Below are positions 14,751 through 26,574 of a DNA stretch of 64,000 nucleotides, piece after piece. Origin of the DNA: Eledone cirrhosa (Eukaryota); NCBI GenBank assembly GCA_964016885.1, contig OZ024740.1:283154001-283218000 (forward strand), read 5' to 3'. Position numbers and translations under genes: made by a program. Position 1 is the stretch's first letter; each line of letters opens with the position of its first letter. Below the pieces are notes generated by a model. It worked only from the letters and a program-made list of their open reading frames with translations, was not told the origin of the DNA and did not search any database.

Positions 14751-15065
14751 AGAGAGCGATAGAGAGAGAGAGGGAGGGAGAGAAAGAGAGCGAAAGAGAG
14801 AAACAGATAGATAGATATAAATGTGTGTGTGTGGGGGGGGGGGGGTATTACACTCACAAATACACAGACTTATCTATATAAACCTGTTCTTCCTCAAGCA
14901 TGTCGGGTCAGGTGTTGTGGAATATTTGCTTACTCTGTGTACACCTGAGCGTAATAAATATGGGTGTAGTGCTACATGATGGGTTTATGATGCACATAAT
15001 ATTCCTATAATTAGCTCCGTAAACACGATGACATTTAACGTATCATCATCAGGAACAGATAACAC

Positions 15066-15128
<63 letters not shown>

Positions 15129-15154
15129 CATATATATATGTATATACATATCTA

Positions 15155-15239
<85 letters not shown>

Positions 15240-15453
15240 CTATCTATATATGCATGTGTGTGAGTAAATACACATATAGATGTCTATCAGAACGAAGATA
15301 CAAAACACCAAGTTATAATACTTTGAAACCATCTTTAAAATTATGTGATCCAGAATCTTATTAGGTAACTTCTCTGCAAACCCCTCTCTCTCTCTCTCCT
15401 CTCTCCCCTCTCTCTTCTCTCTCTCTCTCTCTCTCTCACACTCTCTCTCTCTC

Positions 15454-15543
<90 letters not shown>

Positions 15544-15895
15544 TACACAAGAGAGATGAACACTAATATAAACATACATGTGTTCGAATCGTAAGTACCA
15601 AGTTTGATAGGGTGAAAAAATACTAACTACAGCAATATGGTTTGTCAGACTTAATTTTAAATATTAAATTAAGAAAAATAACAGACCTATATTGGACAAT
15701 CTCGCCTGGTAACAACTAGACAGTTTTGGAGACTGTTTCGCAACATCTTATACTTGTTGAGAAATTAGTGATCCTTCCACTTCTAAAAGTATTATAGACT
15801 GAATTGCGTGCGATAAGAATTATCACACGTGTCTCGGAAAAGCTTTTTTCTTATAGCTATTTAATTGTAAGAGACTACTCTGAGTTTCTAACTCA

Positions 15896-15951
<56 letters not shown>

Positions 15952-16240
15952 AAGTGGAAGCTTAGTAAAATCGAAGCTTTGGCTGTGGCCAAGCAAAGTT
16001 GACTACAATAAGGAATGAGTAGCAAAGCGCTCAATAAGGGTAGGTCCTTAGAGTAATAACATACGTTTAAATAGCTTGACAAATTGAAAATTGGGGTAAG
16101 CAAAACCCAACCAGACAATACCAAAACAACGAAAGGACTAATCAGGTTAAAATATATATATATATATATATATAAATTTAGGAATTTATAAATTTCCGGT
16201 TTGTTGGTTGCTTCCACAACCAGACGATTGTTCATATATT

Positions 16241-16283
16241 GTCAAAGTTCTTTCATCACACATTCTGTGACTTCTTCAGTGAC
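16241..16283 (-). ncRNA. Minimal type I hammerhead motif
   Basis: Reverse complement: GTCA CTGAAGA A GTCACA-GAATG-TGTGAT GAAA GAAC TT TGAC. Confidence 0.7.
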
Positions 16284-16397
16284 TGGGGATTCTTTTCTTT
16301 GTTTTTGTGCCTCTCCTTTGTTCTGTCCTACGCCATCAAAACAAGATGGTGTAGGACAGAACAAAGGAGAGGCACAAAAACAAAGAATAAATCCCCA

Positions 16398-16440
16398 GTC
16401 ACTGAAGAGTTCACAGAATGTGTGATGAAAGAACTTTGAT
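16398..16440 (+). ncRNA. Minimal type I hammerhead motif (other arm)
   Basis: GTCA CTGAAGA GT TCACA-GAATG-TGTGA T GAAA GAAC TT TGAT. Confidence 0.62.
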
Positions 16441-16654
16441 AATATATGAACAATCGTCTGGTTGTGGAACCAACCAACCAACCGGAAATTTATAAATTCC
16501 TAAATTTATAAATTTAATTTATAATAAATTGAAGTGAAAGCATCTGGTGCGTGTGTTTCTTATTGGCAACATGACCCTCCCAAAGTATAACAATATCGGT
16601 TTCAACACACGTTTTCAGATAAAGAATCTTGCTAAACAAATATTCAGAAACGAA

Positions 16655-16723
<69 letters not shown>

Positions 16724-16735
16724 TATAATATATAT

Positions 16736-16836
<101 letters not shown>

Positions 16837-16848
16837 TGTAATATATAT

Positions 16849-16953
<105 letters not shown>

Positions 16954-17224
16954 CTTTCCGATGGGGAGCGGAATTTTTTACCGCCTGATATATTCATATT
17001 CAACAGATTAATCGATTTGCGGTAATTCCAGTTGCTCGGTCAACAGGAAGGCCTACTTGTTAAATTATCCTGTAAGTGCCTATTTGACAGACACCTGTAA
17101 TCTTATTGCAATCTCAAGGCGAATCACTGCGCCAAAGTGTTAAACAAGGGTGGTGTTTTGAAGTACAGCTAGAATCTATCCAACGCACTTATACCCCCCC
17201 CCCCACCTCCCAGTCCAATTTCAC

Positions 17225-17325
17225 TTAAAATCTTAAAATGCCATTTGCACAAGATGTGACTCAGTGGGATCTAGCCAGGAACCTCATGAGTGTGAATCGA
17301 ACTGCTCAACCATTCGGCCATGGAT
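17225..17325 (-). mobile_element. tRNA-like SINE head fragment
   Basis: Reverse complement TGGCCGAATGGTTGAG (A-box like) ... GGCTAGATCCC (degenerate B-box). Confidence 0.5.
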
Positions 17326-17787
17326 GCCTCCTATGTTGAACAGTATGGCAATTAAAGTTTTATAGCAATAGTTAATACGATGCTCAATGATGAATAGATA
17401 AACGGAAGCAAATGAAAAGACTTTCGTAATTCTCGCTATGTAGAAAAACAAATAGGTTAAAATCTACTTATAATTTAGATTTTGTCTTCTTTATCTTTAT
17501 CATTAAAATGGTGTATAGCACGATGGAGCTTCGCTAATAAATCAATTTTATGTTGTAATCATAGACTATTTACCGAGCCATTCTTTGAAAATGCATTCAT
17601 TTCACGCTATTAAAGCATTGTAGATTATTTCGTCTCGGTTATTTCCTGCATTTTTATACCGGACTTGTTTGTAGCAGCTAAAGTTCTTCATTGATTTGAA
17701 CATCAAATATAACTTAGCTGACATATTAAGATGTACGCATACATGCATGCCTACATATATATATATATATATATATATAGGGAGAGA

Positions 17788-17823
<36 letters not shown>

Positions 17824-17949
17824 TTCTCTCTTTCTCTCTCACACACACAAACACACATACATGTGTATATATATATATATATATGTGTGCGTGCGTGCGG
17901 GAGTGTATGTGCGTTCGCGCGTGTGTGTGTGTCTGTGTGTGTCTGATGG

Positions 17950-18172
17950 GGCTTGGCTATTGGTTAGGCTATAGTGAATTTAATTCACATCATTTCACCT
18001 TCCTCCAGTATACTCAGCTGCAAATGATTACCAGCAATAGCAGTGTATGGGGCTTAACACTGCGCTGGACAGACGTCCTGCCCAGTGGGCAGAGGTCTCT
18101 AGTACTCTTAGTCGCTTAAAGCCAAATAAACTGGAATTAGTACCGAACTAATGAGCCTCAGGGCTTCAGACA
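17950..18172 (+). mobile_element. Old SINE body/tail fragment
   Basis: ACTCAGCTGCAAATGATTACCAGC...CTGCGCTGGACAGACGTCCTGCCCAG resembles, from memory, conserved central domains of metazoan SINEs. Confidence 0.4.
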
Positions 18173-18209
18173 ACATTTTAGGCTTTATATATATATGTAT
18201 ATGTATGTT

Positions 18210-18258
<49 letters not shown>

Positions 18259-18322
18259 ATGTATGTATGTATATATATATATATATATATTATGTGTGTG
18301 TGTATGTATGTATGTATGTATG

Positions 18323-18361
<39 letters not shown>

Positions 18362-18464
18362 ATCTATGTATATATATATATATATATATAATATATATAC
18401 CTACATATATGTACATATATATACACACACACACACACATACACACACATATATATATATAATG

Positions 18465-19075
18465 AAATTATTGTGTAAAGTGCTCAGGTGCACTACAACT
18501 CATCAAAGGTGCATGTATAGTACATAGAAAATTATACAAATGTCATGGAAGTGAATAGTGTATGAGTCATGATATACATGTGTGTATATGTATGGAGGGG
18601 GAATATTAGGTGTAGTGTTGGCAAATCTCAGGAAGCATGGAGGTTTTGAAGGATGCAGTGTCTCGACAGCTAACAACTGATGCAGGTAGTTTGTTCCATG
18701 CTTCAGCAACTCTGAGCGTGAAAACATGTTTCCGAAAGTCGTGGGAACTGTGCTGTTTTCTGACTTTCTGGGGATGCCCACGTGTGTTAGACACATGGAA
18801 ATCAAAAAGGTACTCAGGGTTGTTGTTGGCAAGATGGTTAATAATTTTGTGGGTGTTTACCAAGTCAGTTGCCAGGCGTCGGAGCTTCAATGTATCTATG
18901 CCCAGGGAAGCAAGGCGCTCAGAGTATGGTAGATGCCCGATGGAGGGTATTCGCTTGGTTGCACGTCTCTGAACAGTTTCCAGGCGGTCAATGTTCTAAG
19001 CAAGATAGGGGTTCCAGACTGGTGATGCAAATTCTAAGTGTGGCCGCACCATAGCCATGTACAGCCTTAAATAGA
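18465..19075 (-). mobile_element. 5'-truncated CR1-group LINE (ORF2 C-terminus plus 3'UTR)
   Basis: LYMAMVRPHLEFASPVWNPY, VQRRATK, NTRGH, FTLRVAEAWNKLP. Confidence 0.88.
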
Positions 19076-19220
19076 TGGTGGTGGTGGTGGCAACGTTAAT
19101 GATGGTGGTGGTGGTGGTGGCGTTAGTGATGGTGATGGTGGTGGTGGCGGCGTTAGTAATGGTGGTGGTGGCGTTAGTGATGGTGGTGGTGGTGGTGGTG
19201 GCGTTAGTGATGGTGGTGGT
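19076..19220. repeat. (GGT)n-GGCGTTAGTGAT minisatellite
   Basis: Five diverged units at the truncated 5' end of the CR1 fragment. Confidence 0.85.
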
Positions 19221-19974
19221 ATTTGCCACAGATTGCTCAACACAACTTTTCAATACGTCACTTCCACCACCAGAACACTATTTAGCTCTTTATTTCATTT
19301 ATTCATTTGTTTATTTATTTATTCTTTCATTCATTTTCTTGGTAAAATTCGTGTAGCAAACTTAGATAGTGTAAAACGAGAAGTGCACAGACATTCCCTT
19401 CTCGCCGTTGTCTACAGGAATGCAGGCATCCAGTGATTGGCTCATTGGACTCCTCTAACCAATGTCGTTTTTATTCACAGATCGCAAAAATAAATCAACA
19501 AAATAAATATAACAGGGAAACCCAAATAATTCACTCATAAAATATATTGAATAAACAAAATAAACCCTAAATAGATGAACATGAAATCCCAAACCATAAA
19601 ATTAAAATCCCACCCAATCATAAATTAGCATTCATAATATATTAAAATGATACAAAATGAATCATCCTCTCACCCTCAATACATATTATATGACTAATAA
19701 ATTCTGATACAAATATGAAAGTTGTAAACTGTATGACTGGCTGTTATTGTGGATAAACAATTATCAAAGTCCTCACCAACGGTCAATGGATGAAACAAAG
19801 TTATGGAGAAAAATATTAGTTGATAATTAATCTATAATAAATTGTTGATGCACCGTAGCATAGTGGCTAGTGTATTCGACTCCAAATGTTAAGGTCACAT
19901 TTGTAACAATGAAATAGTTTTCATAAACACACTATTCATAATATGAAATTTGATAGACCGATTTGCATATGAAA

Positions 19975-20016
<42 letters not shown>

Positions 20017-20034
20017 CGGCGATGAATTAGTTTT

Positions 20035-20560
20035 GCGAGGTTTTTTATATGAAATCGTGTGTCGAAACAAATATTGTTATACTTGGGGAGGGTCATATTT
20101 GTGTAATAATGCCAGAATTAATAACAAAACACACTCACTGTTTGGTTGGTTTTCGCTTCTCGCTTCTGTGTCTTTTATATCGGTAATCTAACTTACTCGG
20201 TCCTCAATGTTGCCATTGACTGATCAACGGTCAAAGATAATACAGATACAATATAGACACAAACACATATATATAGTTTATCATAAATCTTTCGTTGCAC
20301 ATCTGCAACATCGTCAGTGGTGCTATCTTTTCCTCCTGTTGTATTGTATGTCTACGCCATTTTTATTCAGTCTGTCTATATATTTATTTATTTATTTGCT
20401 TGTTTGTTTATTTTATTTTGTCTTCTTTGCGCATGCGTTTGCTTGTGTGTATAGTGTTTTGTTTGCTGTGTGATGGGTGACTAGTGTGTGTTTATGTGCT
20501 TGTTGTTATTGTGCTTGTGTATGTATTTATTTATTTATTTATTTATATGTGTGTGTGTAC
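20035..20560 (-). mobile_element. Diverged relative of the 16171/41265 non-coding element
   Basis: GTGTGTCGAAACAAATATTGTTATACTTGGGGAGGGTCATAT matches the reverse complement of the 16560-16610 tail; hammerhead in the equivalent position. Confidence 0.6.
20281..20320 (-). ncRNA. Minimal type I hammerhead motif
   Basis: Reverse complement: CCA CTGACGA T GTTGCA-GATG-TGCAAC GAAA GATT TA TGA. Confidence 0.72.
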
Positions 20561-20638
20561 ATATTACATATGCTTTCCTCCTCCCTCTATATATCTTTTA
20601 AACATGTATGAATATATACATATATATATATATATATA

Positions 20639-20669
<31 letters not shown>

Positions 20670-20853
20670 GGCGGTGGATTGGCAGTATCGGTAGAGGGTC
20701 GGACGGCATGCTTTCCAGCATAATTACGTCCCTTTACGATCTAAGTTCAAATCCCGCCGAGGTTGACTTTGCCTTTCATCCTTACGGGGTCGATAAAATA
20801 AAGTACCAGTAATACACTGGGTAATTGCTGGCTTGGTGCCTAAAGTAGAAACA
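20670..20853 (+). mobile_element. tRNA-derived SINE with conserved central domain (MetaSINE/MESC-like), flanked by (TTA)n
   Basis: TGGCAGTATCGG A-box like, GTTCAAATCC B-box, GCCTTTCATCCTTACGGGGTCGATAAAATAAAGTACCAG; four copies in the window. Confidence 0.85.
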
Positions 20854-20874
20854 ATTATTATTATTATTAATATT

Positions 20875-23800
20875 GGCGACCTACGTAGTAAATCGTATCA
20901 TCGTGAGCTCCGCAAAGGTTTGTTATTTTCAGTTATTTAAAATTGCCATTTATGGAAAATTTTTATTGTTAACTGTATATAAGTGCAGATACATTGATTT
21001 CTGAAAAGGACACTCAAAAATATTGGGGCCTTGAGCCCAAAATTTAAACTTTTTATAATTATCAAACAAAAAATTTTTCTTTGAAAAATAATGGATGACT
21101 CAGATTCACTCCTTCCTCACAATCCAACACCTCACACCGACACCACCATTGTAAATTTTGCTACGTTTGCCAACACTGGAATTGTAAACAGTAGCAATAT
21201 TTTAAATTTGTCTCAGGTAGACGTTCATTTCCCGCCATTACCAATGACTGCAGGTGTTAAAGCCGCCACCACCATCACGACCACCGCGACAACCACCACC
21301 TTAACCACCACCACAGCGACAACAGATGCAAAAGAAAAAAATAAATTAACTCGTGATATCGAAATGAATTCAACCAAAATGAACTCTTCCACACCGAACA
21401 CCACTGATGCCACCACCACCACAACTGAAACTAAAATTAACAATAGCAAAAATAACGATAACAACAACAGCAATAATGAAATTAAGAAAACTACCCTGAG
21501 TTTTGCCAGAGTCGCAAAAACGTGCGAAGCGATCCAGGTAACTCAGGAGGAATTAGAAGAAGCCAAAGGAATGGTAAAGAAAGATGGGTACAGGGTCAGC
21601 CCCCACCCCACCACCACCGCCACCCAATAAAATGGAGCAAGGTCGCCTATGCACCGTGTCTTATCGGAGAATTGACATAAAATCGCGCCGAGTGGAACGG
21701 GCATCCGAGTCCCAAATCCCAAAAGCTTCGGGTCATGTGTGGGCAAAAAAAACCCACATCAGACGTGGGCAGAAATATGGAACCGTGGACGTGTTCTTTG
21801 AAACACCACAGGAGGCCAGAGAACACTCCATGGCCCCATTAACAAGTGACGACTTCACACTCATCCCAAGCTATTGTGGCCAGAGACTTGTGAAGATCAG
21901 GGTGACCCACGTTCCACAAGCCATCAAAATTCCCTGGCTAATGGCTGCCGTCCTCGTCGGCATCGAGGCCAACACCAAAATAATAGAAATAGCAAAAGAA
22001 AAGCAGGAGAACTGGTCCGGATCAGGGATGGAGCTCCTGATCCAAGCGGACCATAAAAGCATTGAGGAGATCCCAGAGGTAATAGACCTCACTGACGGCA
22101 GCCACCTCACCGTAATCGTCGAGGGCAGAAGACCTAGGTGTGCCGTTTGTGGTGAAGGAACCCACCTAAGGGCATTTTGCCCTCAGGCTAAAAGGTTGAG
22201 GCCAGCTCTCTTACCCATCCCAGTGACTCAACCATCAACACCACCAGCAGCAGAAATGGCAGCAACAACTGTAGCAGCAACAACAGAAGCAACTGTAACA
22301 GCAACAACAGAAGCAACTGTAACAGCAACAACCCCAGCAACACCACCACCACCCAACGCCCCACCAGCGCCTACACCATCCACCACGCCACAACCAAAAC
22401 CAACGCCTGTGGAGGAATTTCCACTCCTCGACTTATCGCAACTGGAGACACATTGTGACGACGAGGAGTGAGAAGCGGTATCAGGAAAAAAGAAAAAAAG
22501 AAACCAAAAAAGAAAATAATCTCTTCCCTCCCCCTCCAAAAACAAAATACAGAGGGAAACAAATAAATTAGCAAACAAGAAAGTTAAGACGGATATGCCA
22601 CAATCCACACCGGCATCACCAACCCCTTCACCACAAACACCAACACCATCACCATCATTAACCCCAACACCACCATCACCAACACCACAAAAGTCACCAA
22701 AAAGCGTAACAGAAACAAACACACAACACACGCAAACAAAACAAAACGACCAAAACGATACACACTACACAGCATTAAATTTGAACAACAAGCAATTATT
22801 ACACTACATCCAACACAACACCAGCATCACAGAAAAAGACTACACAACAACCCAATAGTTCACACCACCTCCACACATACAAATGACTCGCATCACACAG
22901 AAAACGTACACGACACTAAAACAAAAATTCCCCAAAGACATCGGAGACTTCCGACAAACACTCTCCAGGAAGATTTATAAGGACATCCTTCCGGAGGAGG
23001 CCACAAGCAGTGAAAAGGATGGACACACCATCCTTCCTCTATGAGAAGTAAGGTAAGTGGTCTTTCCCAACTTTTCCGCTCCATTTCAACATGACCTCAC
23101 TCAGAATGTGCAGCATAAATGCGCGTGGCTTCGGGTCATGGAAGCAGGGTCACCTGCTCAACGACCTCAGGTCAGTAAACATAGATGTAGTGGCCATCAG
23201 CGAGACCAGAATCTCCGAAGCACGGGTCTTCGCACCGATCTTCGGTGGCTACGATGTGTACGCATCACCCAGCCGTCCGTGATCGGGGGTAGGAGTTGCT
23301 GTGCTTTTTCGGAGAGGTTTGGATTTCGCCATACGGGCCATCTTCCTGGACCCAGAAGGTAAGTTGGTGGTGCTAGACGTGACCAGCGGAGACGGGCAAG
23401 CTTTCAGGCTAGTATCCGTCTATGCCCCGACAGGAGCAGGGCGGCCTGATCTCTTCCGGCGTCTGGAGAACTTTCTTTGAACGTCCCGCTCTTTTGTGTT
23501 AGTGGGCGACTGGAACGGGATCTTAGATGCACGCTGGGACTGTGTGGGATTAGCGGATAGGGGAGGAGGGTGCAAGAGCCTCACCAACCTGCTCAGGCGT
23601 TTTGAATTATCTGACAGGTACCGATTGGATTTCCCGTAATGTGCCAATGTGGACTTGGACAAATCGCATAGGGTCATCCAGATCATATCTAGATAGAGTA
23701 TTTTGTAGAGAAATAGATAGGTCTAGCATAGGCTGTCCACAATTCAAGATAGTCAGCTACACGGACCACAAATTCGTGATCTGTGTGCTTGACTTAGATA

Positions 23801-25739
23801 GGCTTCATAGACGAGGACCCGGCAACTGGAAGCTTAACGCGTCCTTACCAGCGCAAGGCCTACAAAGACCGGATTAGCGAACTAGTTAAGCGGGCGTTGA
23901 CGGGGGCCATCGTCAACAAGAAGTGGTGGTTTGCTCTGAAAAGAGCAATTAGAATAGAGTCCATTAGGTTTAGTAAGACTTTAGCAATAGAGAAAAATAG
24001 AGCAGAGGGAGAATTAGTTAAAAAATTAGACGAGGCGCTTAGCGAAAGGCATTGCGACCGACGTACTTGCGGCGAAATTGGCCCATGACCAATTCTTCAA
24101 TGCAAAGTACGAAGGCTGCGTTGTCAGAGCTAGGGTGCGTGCTCTCAGACACGAGGGGACGAAAGCTGTTCAATGGGCCCGAGTGGCGGAGGCGCGTCGT
24201 GGCAACAAAGCCACGATCCGGTCTTTGGTGGACCACGTCTACTGCAACTGGCAACACAACGGGAGAACTCACAGCTCTGTGAGCCTAGGAGCAGTGGCGC
24301 TGCTGAGAAAGGATCCGAACAAGGGGGGTAACATAGATAATTTCAGGCCCATAACTCTGCTAAACACAGCGTTCAAGATTTCGGCCAAGGTACTAGCAAA
24401 GAGGTTGGCGCTTGTCGTTGGTGGTCTGGTGGGAGAGGCGCAGACAAGCGCCATTCCCGACAGATCCATCCACGACAACCTTCACCTCATGCGATACATC
24501 GTGGAGAGGGTAGCTAGGGAACCTGGCACGGGTGGGTCCTTGATCAATTTAGATCAGTCGAAAGCTTTCGATAGGGTCGACCATCGTTACCTAGCGGCAG
24601 TCCTGAGGGCGGCTGACTTTGGGCCCGTCTTCAGAGGCTGGATCGCTGCCATGCACAGCATCATCTGCTCTGTGGTGAGAGTGAACGGTCACCTTTCGGA
24701 ACCGTTCAACATCATGCGCTCGTTCCGCCAAGGATGTCCCCTCCCGTCACTCTTGTACGTATTGACTCTCGAGCCATTACTGCACAAACTGGAGACGTTG
24801 AGGAGGTCCCGCTTGGAGACTAACAGGCGCTCACAGCCCTCGACCTATCGGGCAATGTGATCGGTGGAAACTCCACCTTGGCGTTCTATAAAGGAGTATT
24901 GGAGGCGAAGAGCGACGACAAAAATCAACTAAGCGTCGACGAAATTCAACTAGCCAATCTCTTCGGAAGAACTTTCTGGCAACTTCCAGAAATCCCTGGC
25001 CTAGCAGTGCTACCGATGAGCTTTGCCAGTTCGGGATAAACTCTACAGGCATGGAGGTGCCGTTAGCCGGGAATGTCCGAGATGCGCGCAGGGCGACGAA
25101 ACCGTTCTGCACGCACTCGTCCAGTGTCCGAGCATTGCTGACTTGTGGGTTTATGTCGAACACCTGCTGTCGCATGTAGGACGGATCCAGCTATCAGTTG
25201 AGTCCATCGTGAGGATTGCCCCGCCCTCTTCCTTTAGCCGGGAAGGGCAGGCAATTTTTATCTGTCTGGTGGCCATAGCGAAAGAAATAGTATGGTGGAC
25301 GCGTTTGAAAGGGCTGAAGACGAGCACTTACCTCTTCGGTGATGCCCTGATTAACTTTTTCAAATTTCATTTGAAAAGGAAAATCAGAGTAGAGAGGGAA
25401 GTGCTCTCTTCCCAGCATTTTGTTGAAAGATGGGTGAGAGAGACAAGAAGGGCCCGAGTGAATGGGCCTACTCTGAGTATGTGTCTGTAAAATAAAGGTG
25501 GAAAACTGGGAGAGGGCACTTACCCTGGTGGTCAGGATCACTGTGGCTTTTTAATGGGCTTTCTCCACGAATGTCCCTCGGAAGTCTCCCCCGTATTGGG
25601 GAATTTTTCATTGTTATTTTTTTGTAACATCCTGTTTTTGTTTTTTTTACACGCAGAAATGCCCATTTGTACCTTCTTGTATTGTCCTGTAGTGTCCTTA
25701 ATGTCTACTTTATGTAAACCCTTGTGGTTAATAAAGAAA
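20875..25739 (+). mobile_element. L1/Tx1-type LINE subfamily A, copy A1: intact ends, internally deleted and inactive
   Basis: 5' end GGCGACCTACGTAG shared with A2 and A3; ORF1 from 21091 with CX2CX4HX4C knuckle; ORF2 from 23091 with APE motifs (SINARG, ISET, YLDR, TDH) and RT (QGCP); deletions near 24235 and 24810 (YADD lost); AATAAA then (TTA)n. Confidence 0.95.
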
Positions 25740-25767
25740 TTATTATTATTATTATATTATTATTATT

Positions 25768-26561
25768 CTTTGAGTCTCAGTCATTGATGTTGTTTAACTG
25801 GAAAGTTTGTTGAAATGAATATCAAGCCACTACCTGCAGCCTCAGATATTCAGGACGGTATCGGAGGGTTCTTGCTGTTCCCAGCAAGCATGCCTTTTGA
25901 AGTGTTCCAAAAAACCGTGGCGGGGCCAATTTTCTTTAACCATCCCTGGAAATCTTTTGAGATAGTACCTAGTGCGCCTATGACAATCGGGACCACTTTG
26001 ACTTCATGGTAGTTCCAAATCCTTTTTACCTCCCACTTTAAGTCCTGGTATCGGTTAATTATCTCCCTCTCCTTCTCTTGCACTCTCGTGTCAAATGGGC
26101 AGGCCACATCCACAATCAGGCACGATCTTTTTTCCTTGTCCAAAACCACCAGGTCAGGTCTATTGTGTTCCAGTTTCTTGTCCGTCTGTATCCTAAAATC
26201 CCATAGCACCTTCACTTGATCGTTTTCTATCACCGACTCTGGGTTATGTTCATACCACTTCTCAGAATGTGGTAAATTGTTTACTTTGCATAGGTGCCAG
26301 TGGATCACCCTGCCCATCACATCATGTCTCCAGTCTTTATAGCGAGTCTGGGCTAGGTGTTTACACTTGGATACAATGTGAGCCACAGTCTCCTCTCTTT
26401 CTCCACAGATCCTGCTCAGAGGGCTAGCCTCCTCCTTGTAAATATGGTGTTTCAACCACTTCGTTTTCAGGGCCTGCTCTTGCGCAGCCATTAGCATTCC
26501 TTCTGTAGCCTTTTTAAGGTCTCCTCTTCTCAACCAGTTCCATGTCTTTGAATCTCTGAAT
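25768..26561 (-). mobile_element. 5'-truncated R4/Dong-type element (RLE domain plus 3'UTR)
   Basis: ICGEREETVAHIVSKC, RHD, PDLVVLD..DVACP; homologous to 49892-50680; (TTA)n on both sides. Confidence 0.92.
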
Positions 26562-26574
26562 ATTATTATTATTA

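Larger units (their letters stand above)
16171..16655 (+). mobile_element. Non-coding fold-back element: 340-bp near-perfect palindrome plus 3' tail, Penelope-like
   Basis: 16171-16337 pairs with 16345-16510 (7-nt loop); tail 16548-16655 is shared with 41265-41774; (TA)n on both sides. Confidence 0.8.

Noticed and set aside
15020-15060. Isolated CTGATGA cores (here on minus, also 45442 minus and 46235 plus)
   Set aside because: No correctly placed GAAA or closing stems.
19076-19220. Repeat-spacer-like array suggesting CRISPR
   Set aside because: The spacers are simple GGT runs, there are no cas genes, and the context is eukaryotic.
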